Positions 1 to 8,630 of a stretch of 64,000 nucleotides of DNA are shown here, one piece after another. The first letter of the stretch is position 1; each line of letters opens with the position of its first letter. Under the pieces are notes generated by a model that had not been told where the DNA came from, did no database searches, and saw nothing but the letters and a program-made list of their open reading frames with translations. Source of the DNA: a virus. Its lineage: Duplodnaviria; Caudoviricetes. The position numbers were made by a program, and so were the translations under genes. The stretch lies in IMG/VR virus record IMGVR_UViG_3300015050_001523, positions 96,001 to 160,000 of that record; one strand, given 5' to 3'.

Positions 1-346
1 GTGTCACGACATCCGATGGATGCCATTCACTTTTACCTTTATAATTCATCATAATATGTTTAGGAATATCTTCAAGAAAAGGACTGATCTCCAAATAATT
101 ACAAAGACTTATTTCATAAAGTAATGCATTTCTTTCTGAAAGATTTTGTTCTTCAAATGAAAATTTTGAAATTGTATCATATAAATCAATAAGATTTATT
201 CTAAAATTTTTAGAAATATTAAAATCTTTCATCCAAAACAAATGTCCAACTTCATGAAGAATTAACTGACGCAGCACTTGATCGTCAATTTTTTGTCCTA
301 ATAAATTTAGTCTTTTAATAAATTCTAAATTATTTTTTTTGGTCAT
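1..346 (-). CDS. Hypothetical protein with HEVGH motif (runs off window start); paralog of 12845..13402
   Basis: Translated by hand: MTKKNNLEF...ILHEVGHFC...QNLSERNALLYEISL, open to position 1. Confidence 0.75.
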   Translation of the reverse strand, partial: MTKKNNLEFIKRLNLLGQKIDDQVLRQLILHEVGHLFWMKDFNISKNFRINLIDLYDTISKFSFEEQNLSERNALLYEISLCNYLEISPFLEDIPKHIMMNYKGKSEWHPSDVVT

Positions 347-349
347 AAA

Positions 350-1030
350 TTATACCATAAAGATAATTTCTTCTTCAGAAGAGCAAGAACCACAAGCAAT
401 GCTAGCTGATTCTTTTGCTCGGCAAATTTGCTTACAGGAAGGGCACTTCCACTTTTTATAACCAGTTTGCACACTTGGCCGACGCTGAGACAATCCAAGA
501 AATGGAAGCTTTAAATTTTCTGGCAACTTCTTAAAAGCTTGAGAAAAATTTCCATCCTGAATGATTGAGTGATACATGCTCAATCCTGTAATTTTTGACG
601 GGCTTTTATTGTTTACTGGCCTCAGTCCAACAGCAATCATTTTTTCTGCCCATTGCTTATTATGATAACCGTTCTTTCCTGGAGAGCCGTAAAGATCTTG
701 CCAAAAATGACAAAGCTCATGAACAAAAGTTGCCATAATTTCTTCAAATGAAAAGCCGACCATTTTGGCAGGATTCATTGAAATTTCGGCCTTTTGTTCT
801 TTTCCGTCTTTTTCGATCCAAGCTCCTCGATTGTCGGACAAAAAGCCCATATAAAATCCAAGAGTTGATCGACCAGCAGTCCGCGAACAATTAAGAATTA
901 CTCGATTTTTATCTAGCTCTGAATCAAATAGTTCATCATTGAAAAAATGGAAAAGTCCGTGCCATGATTCCCACAGCTTTTCGGATGCACTTTGAGTTTC
1001 TTCTTTGGATGAATTTTCTTGTTCAGTCAT
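350..1030 (-). CDS. SprT-like zinc metalloprotease with C-terminal Zn ribbon
   Basis: TFVHELCHFWQ..GSPGKNGYHNKQWAEKM (HExxH plus downstream His) and CPSC..CGSC. Confidence 0.85.
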   Translation of the reverse strand: MTEQENSSKEETQSASEKLWESWHGLFHFFNDELFDSELDKNRVILNCSRTAGRSTLGFYMGFLSDNRGAWIEKDGKEQKAEISMNPAKMVGFSFEEIMATFVHELCHFWQDLYGSPGKNGYHNKQWAEKMIAVGLRPVNNKSPSKITGLSMYHSIIQDGNFSQAFKKLPENLKLPFLGLSQRRPSVQTGYKKWKCPSCKQICRAKESASIACGSCSSEEEIIFMV

Positions 1031-1090
1031 GTCTTCTTTGCCTCCCCTTGAATGATAGCATAAAGGGTTCGCAAGGCAAGGAAGATTTAT

Positions 1091-1447
1091 TTATGCGTTC
1101 TTCTTAAGATTGGAAAGAATATAATTAAGAGATTTTATCCTTTTAATTATATTCCAATAATATTCTTCAGAATAATAAAATCCATTTATATAATAATAGG
1201 TTCCTCCATTTGCACATTCAAGTGCTGGGCCATTTTCTCGATGCAAAAGCCCATGAATTCTCCATTGTTTTTCTCCATTTGACCATTCACAAGCGGGAAG
1301 ATTCCCTTCTCGATGAAGTTTTCCATGAATATAGTAAAGTTTAGTTCCGCTTAGAAATTCAATAGCAGGACCATCTTCTCGATGATACTTGTTATTTAAA
1401 TAATATCGTTTGGTTCCAGATTCATCAACAATTAATTCATTTTTCAT
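1091..1447 (-). CDS. HREDGPA-repeat protein (MORN-variant/YwqK-like family)
   Basis: Three HRE(D/N/G)GPA-type repeats; C-terminal YWNIIKRIKSLNYILSN. Confidence 0.8.
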   Translation of the reverse strand: MKNELIVDESGTKRYYLNNKYHREDGPAIEFLSGTKLYYIHGKLHREGNLPACEWSNGEKQWRIHGLLHRENGPALECANGGTYYYINGFYYSEEYYWNIIKRIKSLNYILSNLKKNA

Positions 1448-1643
1448 TTAATATTTCCTTTTTTAAATTTGATTTTTTTCCCATATTATAGGCTTCTTCT
1501 AGCGCCGCCCTTATCTCCCAAACACCAAGCTCATAAAAATCATCATCATCATTCCATCTTCTCTCTAAAGAATTTATTCCCAACTTGTACTTGGCAATTT
1601 CTTTAATAATCTTTTTAATATTTTTTTGTTTTTGAGTTTTCAT
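1437..1643 (-). CDS. Small conserved phage protein (DUF6900-like)
   Basis: IAKYKLGINSLERR..DDFYELGVWEIRAALEEAYNMG pattern recalled for this family. Confidence 0.55.
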   Translation of the reverse strand: MKTQKQKNIKKIIKEIAKYKLGINSLERRWNDDDDFYELGVWEIRAALEEAYNMGKKSNLKKEILNEK

Positions 1644-1652
1644 GATTTGTTT

Positions 1653-2012
1653 TTAGCCTAAATTAATAATAGAATATAAAAGCTTTTGGATGCCGGCTCC
1701 AAACATAAAATCAAATAAAAGAACTATAGCAAGAATCCAATAAAATGATCGGCCAGGAAGAAAAAAGAAAATGCAGCAAGAAACAAGAAATAAAGATAAA
1801 AATAAAACTAAGGCTTGTGGCCAAAAATAAGATGAAATTGCTCCAAGAAATAACATTAAAATCATAAAAATACCCTCAGAAAGAGCACTATTATGATATG
1901 GCGTTTCTATTTCATTATTCCCATTTAAATTTTCGGCAGGCATTTTTGTTTTCAACTTTGTGACGATTGGTTTCTTTTTGTCCTCGGCGAACATGTCCAT
2001 TGACAAGAACAC
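1653..2012 (-). CDS. Hypothetical membrane protein
   Basis: About three hydrophobic stretches in the C-terminal half; start uncertain. Confidence 0.6.
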   Translation of the reverse strand: MFLSMDMFAEDKKKPIVTKLKTKMPAENLNGNNEIETPYHNSALSEGIFMILMLFLGAISSYFWPQALVLFLSLFLVSCCIFFFLPGRSFYWILAIVLLFDFMFGAGIQKLLYSIINLG

Positions 2013-2103
2013 CAGAAAGCTTCATTGAAATATACATCTCATGTTTTGCAACAGAAATATCATGTCTTTTTTGTTTATTTGCATTCATTTTCTTCCTCGA
2101 CAA
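1915..2103 (-). CDS. Small basic hypothetical protein
   Basis: ORF in the co-directional gene chain. Confidence 0.5.
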   Translation of the reverse strand: MSRKKMNANKQKRHDISVAKHEMYISMKLSGVLVNGHVRRGQKETNRHKVENKNACRKFKWE

Positions 2104-2266
2104 TTATCATCTCATCGATTTCATCTAATTCTTGATTTTTTCTTTGAATCGTTGGAGTTTGATTTTTTGGACTATTTGACTTCCATTTTTTATGTGGCCG
2201 GCAAAGTCCGCAAGTTTTTCCACATCCATTATGATTTGAACGGCTCATAAATATAATATAAAACAC
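2075..2266 (-). CDS. Small Cys/His hypothetical protein
   Basis: CGKTCGLCRPHK motif; likely start MSRSNH. Confidence 0.55.
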   Translation of the reverse strand: MFYIIFMSRSNHNGCGKTCGLCRPHKKWKSNSPKNQTPTIQRKNQELDEIDEMIIVEEENECK

Positions 2267-2277
2267 TTAAAGAAGTA

Positions 2278-2643
2278 TTAAAGCGAATTATTATAACAAA
2301 AACATTTTTTATGAGAAGATGAAGTTAAATGTTTTTCAGATAAGGCAAATTGATTTCCTGTCAAAGCATACATAACTCCATAAACATTTCCTTTATAAAC
2401 TAAAATATCTTGAGGGAATATTTTCTTTTCGGAAGTGTTTTTTGGATTTATGTGAGGATGGTTGCATCTGGAATATTTTGGAACAATCGCTCTTCCATTA
2501 ATGTTATTAATGTTAATAACTAATTCAACATCAAATAATTTCCAATTTTCCATATCCAGCCAAAATCTATTGGCCATTTGCATACAATCTATATCAAATG
2601 AAATAAATTGAACTTCTAGTTTTTTTAGTTTAGAATTTTCCAT
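2278..2643 (-). CDS. Hypothetical protein
   Basis: ORF in the co-directional chain. Confidence 0.6.
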   Translation of the reverse strand: MENSKLKKLEVQFISFDIDCMQMANRFWLDMENWKLFDVELVININNINGRAIVPKYSRCNHPHINPKNTSEKKIFPQDILVYKGNVYGVMYALTGNQFALSEKHLTSSSHKKCFCYNNSL

Positions 2644-2648
2644 TTAAC

Positions 2649-2924
2649 TCATCGATACGGATGCGAAATTTTTTCTGAATATATTGTTCGTTGCGTATCA
2701 ACAATTAAATTCCAAGCGGCTATGGCATCAAGTTCACTTGAGTCTCCGCTAAACCAAATTGAATAAGAATCTTTATTGCGAAATTTGCCTTTGACAAAAT
2801 AATCTCTATTTTTAGTATGTTCTGTGACCGAACAACTAATAATTTCACGAACATCTAATGCTGTTTTTTCAACAGCATTTGGAAATGAAACAATTGGATT
2901 ATCCTGAATTGTTTGATTTGACAT
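2649..2924 (-). CDS. Hypothetical protein
   Basis: ORF directly downstream of tRNA-Glu. Confidence 0.6.
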   Translation of the reverse strand: MSNQTIQDNPIVSFPNAVEKTALDVREIISCSVTEHTKNRDYFVKGKFRNKDSYSIWFSGDSSELDAIAAWNLIVDTQRTIYSEKISHPYR

Positions 2925-2925
2925 A

Positions 2926-2997
2926 TGACCTTGCTGGGACTCGAACCCAGATTAGCGGCTTGAAAGGCCACCGTCTTAACCTTTAGACTACAAGGCC
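2926..2997 (-). tRNA. trnE: tRNA-Glu(TTC)
   Basis: Acceptor GGCCTTG/CAAGGTC, anticodon arm GTGGC-CTTTCAA-GCCGC, T-loop TTCGAGT. Confidence 0.95.
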
Positions 2998-2999
2998 AA

Positions 3000-3085
3000 T
3001 TTTTGGAAATGTTTGATGAAAAACGAAAAACGAAAATAATGAAAACTTGAAAACCATTTCACAAGCTTTCCAAACATTTCCAAAA
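3000..3085 (-). ncRNA. Inter-tRNA hairpin RNA, copy A
   Basis: 15-bp terminal inverted repeat TTTTGGAAATGTTTG/CAAACATTTCCAAAA enclosing CTTGTGAAATGGTTTTCA and a U-rich tract; related copy at 19285..19378. Confidence 0.6.
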
Positions 3086-3148
3086 TTCTCGCAGTCAGTA
3101 ACGAGCTGACATCTGGCCGTCGCCGATTTTTCATTAAACTATGCGAGA
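3086..3148 (-). ncRNA. Shrunken tRNA-like RNA
   Basis: Acceptor TCTCGCA/TGCGAGA+A, D-like TAGTTTAATG, short central arm, T-like arm GTCAG-CTCGTTA-CTGAC. Confidence 0.5.
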
Positions 3149-3150
3149 AA

Positions 3151-3294
3151 TTCCTGCGACTGGACTCGAACCAGCATGTCCGCCTTAAGGAGCGTTAGTT
3201 TTACGCATGCAATTTCAATCAACGTATTATAACAAGGTAACGCGTATATGCTATAACATTGGTTGATAATAAAATTGCTTTAAACTACACAGGA
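3151..3294 (-). ncRNA. tRNA-like RNA with ~70-nt hairpin inserted in the D-loop
   Basis: Acceptor TCCTGTG/CGCAGGA, T arm GCTGG-TTCGAGT-CCAGT, D stem GTTT/AAAC interrupted by hairpin GCAATTT...AAATTGC; anticodon arm non-canonical. Confidence 0.7.
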
Positions 3295-3295
3295 A

Positions 3296-3367
3296 AGCCC
3301 GTAACCGGATTTGAACCGGTATTCCCTGCTTGGAAGGCAGGCACTCTAGCCGTTGAGTTATACAGGC
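3296..3367 (-). tRNA. trnG: tRNA-Gly(TCC)
   Basis: GCCTGTA/TACGGGC acceptor, CCTGC-CTTCCAA-GCAGG anticodon arm. Confidence 0.95.
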
Positions 3368-3378
3368 AGGCAGGCAGG

Positions 3379-3606
3379 TCAAACAGCATCAATGTATAAT
3401 AAACATGTAGAAATAAGATGATAATGGTCTTTAGATGAAGCTTCGCTAAGAAATGTCTGAATTATCTCTTCAGGAGCGCCAGCTTCTCGCAATACCTTTC
3501 TACAGGCCATTAGAGTAAGTCGTGGCCGAACATTGAGAATTGGTAGCTGAATTTTTGGTTTTGGTATATTGGTACCTGGAATCACATTTAGATTTTGTTC
3601 ATTCAT
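3379..3606 (-). CDS. Small hypothetical phage protein
   Basis: ORF between tRNA-Ile and tRNA-Gly. Confidence 0.65.
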   Translation of the reverse strand: MNEQNLNVIPGTNIPKPKIQLPILNVRPRLTLMACRKVLREAGAPEEIIQTFLSEASSKDHYHLISTCLLYIDAV

Positions 3607-3613
3607 TTGAAAG

Positions 3614-3688
3614 TCCTCCTAGGTGGACTTGAACCACCAACTTCCCGCTTATAAGACGGACACTCTGACCAAATTGAGCTATAGGAGG
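3614..3688 (-). tRNA. trnI: tRNA-Ile with TAT (UAU) anticodon
   Basis: CCTCCTA/TAGGAGG acceptor, anticodon loop CTTATAA, T-loop TTCAAGT. Confidence 0.9.
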
Positions 3689-3730
3689 GAATTATGCCTC
3701 GGAAGATTTTTTGTTCCGAGGCATGTTCTA

Positions 3731-3760
3731 ACTATATCATCGAACCATTCGCTTGTCAAG
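3731..3760 (-). promoter_or_regulatory. Sigma70-type promoter for the tRNA cluster
   Basis: TTGACA-N17-TATAGT on the minus strand, followed by hairpin ATGCCTCGGAA/TTCCGAGGCAT. Confidence 0.7.
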
Positions 3761-3790
3761 TTTTTTCTGAAGCGATTAAGCAAAGAAATT

Positions 3791-4675
3791 TTATTGCCAT
3801 TTTTTCTTCTCATTTTTCAAAACATTATTAATTGCTTTATTTAAAATTTTATATCCGTTGTGGTTGCAGCTTTGGCTTCCTTCTCCAATTGTTTTAATCC
3901 AAGGCTTTCTTGTTTCTCTCAAGAATAAATTAATCCAAACACCTTTTAAAATGTCAATTAATAACAACTGAAGCTTATCATTTTCCATTTTTTCAACTAC
4001 TTCACTTGATAGAATTTCAAAAAATAACCCAAATGTTTCATTACTTCTAATGAATGAATAAATATATTTTGCAACCAAGTTTTTCTGATTATAACCTAAA
4101 GTAAGAATTGATTCTTTAAAGGAAAGAAGATCTTTGTACTCTGGAGTTTTATGTAACTTGATTTGTTCATGAACTCCTAAAATATAATCTGGCAAAAACT
4201 TTAGAATATCATTAAATGAATGATTTGATTTATAATCTTTGTATTTGAAATTTTCAATAATATAGTCAAATACTTCTTTATGAATTTGAACATGAGTCAA
4301 AGCATGTTCTTCTCCATCTATATCTTTGAAAAAGAGCCTTTGCTCATGATCTAATTCAAATAGCTGATCAATGTCAAAGGTTTCTTTTTTTGCTGGAATA
4401 TCATGGCACTCATTTTCGCCCAATTCTAATTCAACCAATCCTTCTTTTACTTTTTCAATAAGTAAATCCAGTCCTTCTCCATGACAACTCTCAACCGATC
4501 CATAATCGTTATATTTTCCATAAAATGGAATTAAGCATGGAGTGAAATAAGAATATATGTCACAATAATAATCATAATCATAACTTTTATTTTTTCTTAA
4601 CAAGAAAACAACTACTTCTTGACCAGCAGTTATATGCAAATTTGAAACCATGCAAGTTTTATTCCAACATCCCAT
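3791..4675 (-). CDS. Hypothetical phage protein (294 aa)
   Basis: Long ORF beginning MGCWNKTCMVSNLHI. Confidence 0.75.
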   Translation of the reverse strand: MGCWNKTCMVSNLHITAGQEVVVFLLRKNKSYDYDYYCDIYSYFTPCLIPFYGKYNDYGSVESCHGEGLDLLIEKVKEGLVELELGENECHDIPAKKETFDIDQLFELDHEQRLFFKDIDGEEHALTHVQIHKEVFDYIIENFKYKDYKSNHSFNDILKFLPDYILGVHEQIKLHKTPEYKDLLSFKESILTLGYNQKNLVAKYIYSFIRSNETFGLFFEILSSEVVEKMENDKLQLLLIDILKGVWINLFLRETRKPWIKTIGEGSQSCNHNGYKILNKAINNVLKNEKKKWQ

Positions 4676-4797
4676 ATTATTTATTCCTTTTTATTTTTTT
4701 CTTTTGTGATTGGGAATCTTATAGCCTTCTATTCCATAAGATTCGCCATACTCTGGCTGATGAAGTATTGTTTTTGCCTTTAGTCTTCTATTATTCT

Positions 4798-5058
4798 TTA
4801 GTTTTTCCTGCCGACATCCGTAATTTCCTCACACATTAATTCTTTAGCTGCTTCTTTGCAGAATATTGTTTTTCTCTCTGGGTTATACCATTCATTAGAT
4901 GAATTGATGCAATCAACAAAAAGTTGATTTATAACTTTAGAATCTGCCTTTGAACAATCAAATGCTTTTTCTCGGCAACCACTCAATAGAATCAAAGACA
5001 TAACAAAAATGAATTTTAAATTAATTCTTAATAACATATAACTTCCTTCCAAATCCAA
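4798..5058 (-). CDS. Putative lipoprotein
   Basis: Hydrophobic signal then LSGC lipobox; true start probably downstream of 5058. Confidence 0.6.
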   Translation of the reverse strand: MDLEGSYMLLRINLKFIFVMSLILLSGCREKAFDCSKADSKVINQLFVDCINSSNEWYNPERKTIFCKEAAKELMCEEITDVGRKN

Positions 5059-5566
5059 GTTTAATTAAAAGAGACTCTGCTTCTGCTTGGAATTCTTCTG
5101 TATCATGGTTTTGGAGAATTGCTTGCTCCATCGCATCCTGCCTGCTTATTTCTAGCTTGTTCTCAAGATACAGCGACGAAGCTGCTAAACATAGTGTTTG
5201 GTTGTCAAGATATTTTGTACATGTTACTATCTCCATAATCTTTTTATTGTCATCTAACGACAATGAATAAATTGAAGATTCTGGGTGCAAGGTATCGAGG
5301 CTATAAACTCGATTCATTTTTTCACTGAATTTATCAATTTTTATAAATTTACCTTTTATAAGGAATTCAAATTCTTCATCAATTTCATTTGAATAAGGGC
5401 CGCATTGATTAAAATCAAATTTAATCTCTTTGGCAGGTTCTAGTTTTTGCTGCTTTAAAACATAGATTAAATACTCTAATCGAGAATATTCACTTATGCT
5501 GCTTTGATGATTTAGAATCGATAGAATTACTGAGCGAATGTTAAAAGTATTATTTGATTCTGTCAT
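5021..5566 (-). CDS. YwgA/SocA (DUF4065)-like antitoxin-fold protein
   Basis: SRLEYLIYVLK...FDFNQCGPYSNEIDEEFEFL resembles the KLQKLxY..GPYS motif; start at MTESNN. Confidence 0.5.
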   Translation of the reverse strand: MTESNNTFNIRSVILSILNHQSSISEYSRLEYLIYVLKQQKLEPAKEIKFDFNQCGPYSNEIDEEFEFLIKGKFIKIDKFSEKMNRVYSLDTLHPESSIYSLSLDDNKKIMEIVTCTKYLDNQTLCLAASSLYLENKLEISRQDAMEQAILQNHDTEEFQAEAESLLIKLGFGRKLYVIKN

Positions 5567-5719
5567 TTGATAATTTCCTTTCAGATCTACTTCGCGGATG
5601 CATAAAATCATAAATTTTAAATGATAAAATTTCTCTAAATCCAAATTTATCTTCAGTTTTTAATAGCCATGCCAAACAAATTAAAAATTGTGTTTGTTTC
5701 TTTTCAAAGTCATCTTTGA

Positions 5720-6106
5720 TTATTTTAAAGTAGGACATTTAATATAACATTTAATATTTGAAAGAATGCAATTAAGGGATTTTCTTTTCTTGATTTCTTC
5801 CCAATAATCTTGTTCAGAATATTTTTTCCCATTTAAATAAAAATAATTATTTTTATTTTCGTCGTTTTTTTCCCATTTATAAGCTGGGCCATCTTCTCTA
5901 TGATATTTCCCGTTGACGAAATAAGATTCATCTCCATTATGATATTCAATGGCAGGAAGATTTCCTTCTCGGTGACGTCTTCCATGAACAAACCATTCTT
6001 TGGTTCCATTTAACCTTTCAATGGCAGGACCGTCTTCTCGGTGAAGAAAACCATTAAAATAATAACAATTATTTCCACAACTATCAACATTTAATCCATT
6101 TTTCAT
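5720..6106 (-). CDS. HREDGPA-repeat protein
   Basis: Three repeats plus YWEEIKKRKSLNCILSN tail. Confidence 0.8.
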   Translation of the reverse strand: MKNGLNVDSCGNNCYYFNGFLHREDGPAIERLNGTKEWFVHGRRHREGNLPAIEYHNGDESYFVNGKYHREDGPAYKWEKNDENKNNYFYLNGKKYSEQDYWEEIKKRKSLNCILSNIKCYIKCPTLK

Positions 6107-6120
6107 ATTTTTATCCTTAA

Positions 6121-6432
6121 TTATTCTATATCCAAATTTGGATATAAATTTAAAGTTTTCTCATACCTAATTTCTAAATTTCCAATTAGGGATGGCGAAG
6201 AGAGAGAATACCATTTATTTCCATTAATGGCCATGATAGAATTAATGGAAACTTTCTCTCCAACATATTCAGAAGCATGATCTAATGCCTCATCCAATTT
6301 TTCAAAATGACATTTTATTGCATTTTTTGAATTCATTTGCTTATTTGCAAGGAACCCATTGAAATAAACTGTATAATATAAAGAATTATTCATTTTAGTT
6401 AAATTGGTTCTGTGCTTATCGATTTGATGCAA
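6121..6432 (-). CDS. Hypothetical protein
   Basis: ORF in chain. Confidence 0.55.
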   Translation of the reverse strand: MHQIDKHRTNLTKMNNSLYYTVYFNGFLANKQMNSKNAIKCHFEKLDEALDHASEYVGEKVSINSIMAINGNKWYSLSSPSLIGNLEIRYEKTLNLYPNLDIE

Positions 6433-6620
6433 GCGAGTATGACACTAGCTGGAACGCCATTTCCGTCCTGCGACCATGTAATGACGTTACCGTCCTCTTT
6501 GGCCCTGCATGAGCGTACATAGTGTGGCTGTTGGCGCTCGGCTTTGGTCTGTCCACTATCAACAGCATAGCCCTTTTCCCTAAATTCCCAATTTGGAGGG
6601 AGAATAATTGCATTATTCAT
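6399..6620 (-). CDS. Hypothetical protein
   Basis: ORF in chain. Confidence 0.5.
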   Translation of the reverse strand: MNNAIILPPNWEFREKGYAVDSGQTKAERQQPHYVRSCRAKEDGNVITWSQDGNGVPASVILACIKSISTEPI

Positions 6621-6946
6621 TTTTCAACGCTTCGAAATACTCCGCTTCCAAAATTAACAAAGCCAGAGTTTAATGTTTCTTCGTGCAGACTAAGATTTGT
6701 TTCTAAATCCTTAACAGCGTCTTCAATAGAATGTCTTGAACTACCATAAATTTTATGATTTATAGAAGTTCCAAATGGCAGAAAAATACAAATGCTTGTT
6801 TCAACATGCCATTTATATAAAACATGGTATTCTCCGATCTTATCTTGTTTTGGTTCAAGATTAGATTTACAAGAGATAGAAAATGTATGACCTGGATGTT
6901 TGTTTGAAAGGTCATGAATTATATTAACGATGTCATTAGTAATCAT
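6617..6946 (-). CDS. Hypothetical protein
   Basis: ORF downstream of a TTGACA-N17-TATAAA promoter (about 6961-6989). Confidence 0.65.
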   Translation of the reverse strand: MITNDIVNIIHDLSNKHPGHTFSISCKSNLEPKQDKIGEYHVLYKWHVETSICIFLPFGTSINHKIYGSSRHSIEDAVKDLETNLSLHEETLNSGFVNFGSGVFRSVEK

Positions 6947-6986
6947 AATAGGATTCCAGTCTTTATATCATCAAGATACTTTTTTG

Positions 6987-7946
6987 TCAAGGGATTAGGA
7001 AAGCAGGTTCGACATAGTTAGAGGCTTTTTTGCCTTTTTGAATATAAGTCAAAACTGCTGATTCTTTTGCCTTGCACTCGCACATTACCCAGGCACTTGT
7101 TTTATAATCAGTAACTTCTTCATAAATCCAATCTGCATGCGCCCTAGCCATCTGGTCAGGCGATTCATGATTTATTGTGGAAGAAAAATGAAATACAGGA
7201 GCAATATTGTCTGGCCATGTAGATGCCGCCATATTTGCAGCAGCTTTATGATTCATATTGCTTGAACAAAATTTGTGATGATGAACATCAAATACAATTG
7301 GAACATTTATATTCTTATAAACAAGATCATATAGATCTTTTACTGAATATTGAGAAGACTTATCATCATTTTCTATAGTTAGACGTTTTTTTGTATTTTC
7401 ATTTAGATCTTCAAATGATTTACAAAACCTTACAGCAGCTTTATCTTTTCCGTCCTGGGTTGTACTAATATGAATATTGATTTTATTCCAAACAGACGGA
7501 ACAAATCCCATCTCATCAAAAATTTGAGAATGTTGATTGAGTTCTTTTATTGTCTTGGAGATAACATTAGGATTAAGTGATGCCAAAACATTAAAATGGC
7601 CAGGATGAAAGGTTAGCCTTTGATTATATTTAGTTGCCAAATCTCCAACCAATTTCAAATTTTTTGCAATAAGGGACCAATTAGGAAGATCGGTTAGTTC
7701 GTACTCTGACATCCATGGAAATAAATTGGAGGAGATACGAAAAAATTTTATTCCATTTTTTTCATTCCATTCAACAATTTTTGCAAGATCTTTAATATTT
7801 TGCAATGCCAAATTGGATACTTTTTTATTTGAAGTCTTTTGAGCTTCAAAAGTTTTTTTAATCATTCCTCTACTTGTAAAAATTCCTTGTTCTTTTTGAA
7901 GCCTGTCATTGATGCAAGGGTATCCAAGGCGTTTATTTATTTCCAT
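6987..7946 (-). CDS. uvsE: UV-damage endonuclease (UvsE/UvdE)
   Basis: RLGYPCIN, FFRISSNLFPW, RLTFHPGHF, KINIH, RLTIENDD, IVFDVHHH, HAD, ECKAKE motifs. Confidence 0.93.
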   Translation of the reverse strand: MEINKRLGYPCINDRLQKEQGIFTSRGMIKKTFEAQKTSNKKVSNLALQNIKDLAKIVEWNEKNGIKFFRISSNLFPWMSEYELTDLPNWSLIAKNLKLVGDLATKYNQRLTFHPGHFNVLASLNPNVISKTIKELNQHSQIFDEMGFVPSVWNKINIHISTTQDGKDKAAVRFCKSFEDLNENTKKRLTIENDDKSSQYSVKDLYDLVYKNINVPIVFDVHHHKFCSSNMNHKAAANMAASTWPDNIAPVFHFSSTINHESPDQMARAHADWIYEEVTDYKTSAWVMCECKAKESAVLTYIQKGKKASNYVEPAFLIP

Positions 7947-8084
7947 TTAATCTTTCTTTTTTATAAAGCTATCTGGGCTCGAACCAGAAATACAATTTTA
8001 GGAAAATTGTGTGATATCCATTTCACCATAGCTTCATGGTCTCTTTGATTGTAGCATGTAAGTTGCCTCAATGCAACTACTAGA

Positions 8085-8630
8085 TCAATACCAGATTTTA
8101 GTATCTTTTATAATATTTGATTCTAAAGAGCGAAGAAGATTTCTATTATATCCAAGAATTCTATCGATTAAGGTTACCATACGACGATTCGGAAGAATTT
8201 GTTGTTTTACATCTAGCAATTGATTAATTGCCAAATCTGCACTTTCTTGAGAGGGCTCAAGTCTTTGTGCTAAAATTGCTAGAGCAGCGGCAGAACTTCT
8301 AGAAATGCCAGCACCACAATGAACTAAAACATTTACATTATCTTTATTTTCTGAATCGTTAAAAGCTTTATTGACCAATTTTGCGAAATCAATAATTTGA
8401 ACCATATCATTATGTGATGGCAAAATCATGTCTCCACGAATTTTTGTCAAATCATAAAATGATAAAACAAGATGTTCTCCATTATGATTTGATAGATTTG
8501 CAGGAGGATTTTCTCCTGGATCATTTATTGAAATTACATGAGAGATTGAAGAATTTAAACTTGGATTTTCCAATAAAGCATTTGCTTCAAATTTTCCAAG
8601 AATTCTAATATTTGGATGGTTATTGTTCAT
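8085..8630 (-). CDS. Cys-based protein tyrosine/dual-specificity phosphatase
   Basis: VLVHCGAGISRSSA (HCxxGxxR) P-loop. Confidence 0.9.
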   Translation of the reverse strand: MNNNHPNIRILGKFEANALLENPSLNSSISHVISINDPGENPPANLSNHNGEHLVLSFYDLTKIRGDMILPSHNDMVQIIDFAKLVNKAFNDSENKDNVNVLVHCGAGISRSSAAALAILAQRLEPSQESADLAINQLLDVKQQILPNRRMVTLIDRILGYNRNLLRSLESNIIKDTKIWY

